Positions 6,097 to 8,429 of a stretch of 8,429 bases of DNA are shown one piece after another. The notes under the pieces were generated by a model, which saw only the letters and a program-made list of their open reading frames with translations, was not told the origin of the DNA and did no database searches. The stretch is from Promethearchaeia archaeon. GTDB taxonomy: Archaea; Asgardarchaeota; Lokiarchaeia; Sigyniarchaeales; SOKP01. The position numbers and the translations under genes are program-made. Numbering within the stretch: the first letter of the stretch is position 1; each line of letters begins with the position of its first letter. The stretch lies in NCBI GenBank assembly GCA_046497275.1, contig JAWOFX010000070.1, positions 1 to 8,429 on the forward strand, in the 5' to 3' direction.

Positions 6097-6183
6097 TCTT
6101 ATTGTTAGGTTTTTAATAATCTAAAATTAAAAAGTAAGATTAATATTTAAAATTCCACACTCAATGAATTAACTAAAATTGAT
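6097..6183. repeat. Degenerate direct repeat, copy B (~87 bp; partner at 1372-1460)
   Basis: TCTTATTGTTAG-gt-TTTTAATAAT-c-TAAAA-t-TAAAAAG-6nt-TAATATTTAA-aattcca-CACTCA-atg-AATT-aac-TAAAATTGAT is collinear with copy A. Confidence 0.85.
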
Positions 6184-6211
6184 TCATCAAGAAAATCTTT
6201 TTCAAATATTT

Positions 6212-7127
6212 TTACTTGGAATTAATACATCTTTGAACTGTTTTCCTAATAGTTTCCTCTAACTCACCACCACTATATTGTAATTCTTTTTGGCTTGAGG
6301 TGGGATCAAAAAAGAATTCTTGAGATTGAATATCTCGGAAAAGATATTTATAATTTAACCCAGCTTCTTTTCCCTCTCTCGATTCTTTCCAACGAAGATA
6401 TGATCCTAATATAGTTCCTATCCAAACGGGGAGAATTTTTATCTTTTTATATATTCCCATCTCATCTAACATAATTTTTATCCACTCAGTCCATTTAACA
6501 TTTTTATCTCCAATAGTATAACGCTTTCCACCTTTTCCATATTCTATAGCACCAACTATTGCTTCTGCAACATGGTCAACAGTAATCATGTTTGAACCTC
6601 CTTTAAAGAAGAAGATATACAGTTTCATTTTCTTTAATCTATTTACAATAATATCTTTCCAAATTGGCATCCTTACAGGATGGGTTCCAAATATATAAGG
6701 CAGTTCCATGATCATAACATCCATTTGATTACCACCAATAGCTATACATTTTTCAGCTTGCTCAACTCTTGATCTTATATAAGGATGCTTTTCTTTCAAT
6801 TTTAATTCTGGTCGCTCTCTTTCAAAATAGGCGAAATATGAATTACAAATCGCGCATTTTTTTACTCCTGCCTTTCTAGCTGCTCTAACAACTTTCTCAC
6901 ATGCTTCTACTAATCTTTTATGGTAAAACTCATAAGCTGGTGCTTCTGGAGTGATACGATCGTCAGGACCGACTGCATAAATCATCGCATCATATCCTCG
7001 AAATAAATTGACTAATTTCTCATATTCTACATTAAAAAGATCAATATATAAATTATTAACCTCTTTAATAGGAAACCATCCCTCTAATTTACAATCTTCC
7101 TGTGCCCCCACATACAAATACTTTCAT
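6212..7127 (-). pseudogene. NAD(P)-dependent epimerase/dehydratase (extended/atypical SDR) disrupted by an N-terminal deletion and frameshift (or an assembly error)
   Basis: ATG at 7127 gives MKVFVCGGTG-RL-stop (TAA 7091-7089), the Rossmann beta-A and glycine motif. The body of the enzyme (YDAMIYAVG, HPYIRSR, ELPYIFG, VDHVAEAIVGA) is in another frame, the tracked TTG-started ORF 7117-6212. The alphaA-betaB segment is absent between the two. Confidence 0.8.
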
Positions 7128-7296
7128 TATAATATCACTCTATAATTATTATTTGAAATTAATTATTAGTTAAATTTTGCTTTATTTTTATTAGCAGTGG
7201 TTTTATAACCTCTCAAAATCCCTTATAGAAATTTAGAAATTAATTTAAAACTTAAAACATATCATACCTTAAATTATAAGTTAGGTTAATTATCTT

Positions 7297-8082
7297 ATGA
7301 ATGAAGATTTAATCCTATTCGAAACTAAGAATAAAGTCGCAATAATTACGATCAACAGACCAGATAAGGCGAATGCAGTTAATGTTGACATGCTTAGAAA
7401 AATTCACACATATCTTCAAGAGGCCGATAAAGATGAAAGAGCGAAGATTATTCTATTTAAAAGCTTAGGTGAAAGATTCTTTTCTGCGGGCTATGACTTG
7501 AAAGAAGTAGCTGGTAATCCCGAAAATGTGAAATTGATTACAGAATGGGGAAGAAAAGTTAATGAGACAATATTATTTCTGAAAAAACCTGTTATTTCTC
7601 AAATCCAAGGTGCTGCGATTGGTTTTGGAGTACTATTAATTCTTGCATCTGACTTAACAGTTTTCGCCGACAGACCAAGAGATGAGTTATATATCCAGCT
7701 TCCCGAGCTCTTTATCAATGCTTTCCCCCAAACAGGTGCCACTCTTATGCCTCTTATGGCATTTGGTATAAAATACGCAAAAAATATTTTATTTACCAAT
7801 AGAAAAATTGGTTTAGAAGAATTGCGTAATATTAACTTTCCAACTAAAATAGTTCCTTTTGAATTGCTTGAAGAGAAGACTTTTGAATATGCCAAAGAAT
7901 TGACGAAATTAAAAATGGAATTCATATTTACTGCAAAATCGATGATGACCATCATGAATAAAACCTATATAAGATCTTGTTTTGATTTAGAAGATGAATG
8001 TGGCGCCTATGCATATGGACCGAAGAAACCTATGAGTGATTTACATGAATTTATAAAAAATCTCTATAAAAAGTATCCATAA
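7297..8082 (+). CDS. Enoyl-CoA hydratase/isomerase (crotonase) family protein (261 aa)
   Basis: VAIITINRPDKANAV, FSAGYDL (oxyanion loop), KPVISQIQGAAIGFG...LASDL, LPE. Confidence 0.93.
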   Translation: MNEDLILFETKNKVAIITINRPDKANAVNVDMLRKIHTYLQEADKDERAKIILFKSLGERFFSAGYDLKEVAGNPENVKLITEWGRKVNETILFLKKPVISQIQGAAIGFGVLLILASDLTVFADRPRDELYIQLPELFINAFPQTGATLMPLMAFGIKYAKNILFTNRKIGLEELRNINFPTKIVPFELLEEKTFEYAKELTKLKMEFIFTAKSMMTIMNKTYIRSCFDLEDECGAYAYGPKKPMSDLHEFIKNLYKKYP

Positions 8083-8164
8083 ATGAAAATAATAGCTTCA
8101 TAACGTTTTTTTGAGAGTTTAAACAGTAATTTTATCAAGTAATAAAGAAAATTTTTATTCTCCC

Positions 8165-8175
8165 TTTCTTTTTTT
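8165..8175 (+). terminator. Possible archaeal oligo-T terminator between the two crotonase genes
   Basis: TTTCTTTTTTT about 85 nt after the stop at 8082; weak evidence in an AT-rich genome. Confidence 0.25.
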
Positions 8176-8202
8176 AATATAATCTGAATTCTAGCCTTAG
8201 GA

Positions 8203-8429
8203 ATGGAAAAAATGAATAATAATGAAATTATTTTATATGAGAAAAAGCGAAATATTGCGATCATTACCCTAAATCGTCCCGATATGGCTCATGCATTCAA
8301 TTGGGAATTAATGAAAGGATTGTATGATCATCTAATAAAAGCTCATGAGGAAGAAAAAGTGAAATGTATTCTTTTAAAAAGTACAGGCAAAAAAGTATTT
8401 AGTTCTGGAATTGATATTCGAGCTGCCTC
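8203..8429 (+). CDS. Second enoyl-CoA hydratase/isomerase family protein, N-terminal part (start 8203 or 8212); runs off the right edge
   Basis: MEKMNNNEIILYEKKRNIAIITLNRPDMAHAFNWELMKGLYDHLIKAHEEEKVKCILLKSTGKKVFSSGIDIRAA is a crotonase N-terminus with the FSSGID oxyanion loop. Not in the ORF track. Confidence 0.92.
   Translation, partial: MEKMNNNEIILYEKKRNIAIITLNRPDMAHAFNWELMKGLYDHLIKAHEEEKVKCILLKSTGKKVFSSGIDIRAA

Larger units (their letters stand above)
1372..6183. mobile_element. Putative repeat-bounded accessory/defence island (4 genes; no integrase or transposase inside)
   Basis: The direct repeats bracket the nuclease, AbrB-like gene, small ORF and TPR-HEPN gene, which lie between mutS and an SDR gene. 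Mobility is inferred; no recombinase is visible in the window. Confidence 0.4.

Noticed and set aside
7599-7955. ORF-track 118-aa minus-strand ORF
   Set aside because: Antisense to the well-supported crotonase gene.
8064-8264. ORF-track 66-aa minus-strand ORF
   Set aside because: Overlaps both crotonase genes on the opposite strand; low-complexity translation of AT-rich intergenic DNA.
1-8429. CRISPR array, tRNA/rRNA genes, transposase or integrase
   Set aside because: I saw no regularly spaced repeat-spacer units, cloverleaf/rRNA-like GC-rich segments or DDE/tyrosine/serine recombinase motifs.

Overview
AT-rich window with archaeal-looking promoters (TATA-like boxes, no consistent Shine-Dalgarno motifs). 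The gene content (bacterial-type MutS1, tandem crotonases, TPR protein) suggests an Asgard/Lokiarchaeia-like host; this is inference only. Layout: <-mutS (5' part, runs off the left edge, absent from the ORF track) | repeat copy A | <-3x Zn-ribbon + Vsr/PD-(D/E)XK-like nuclease | divergent promoter with inverted repeats | 57-aa AbrB/MazE-like gene-> (absent from the ORF track) overlapping <-62-aa ORF | <-TPR + two tandem HEPN-like domains, each with an intact R-x4-H | repeat copy B | <-extended SDR broken by an N-terminal deletion/frameshift | crotonase-> crotonase-> (partial). The main result is a block of about 4.7 kb between housekeeping/metabolic genes, bracketed by a degenerate ~89-bp direct repeat (67/89 matches in my hand alignment). 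It encodes a putative sensor-RNase (TPR-HEPN-HEPN), a putative DNase and a small swapped-hairpin regulator, making it a candidate defence/toxin module. All family calls come from motif recognition by eye; no database searches were run.
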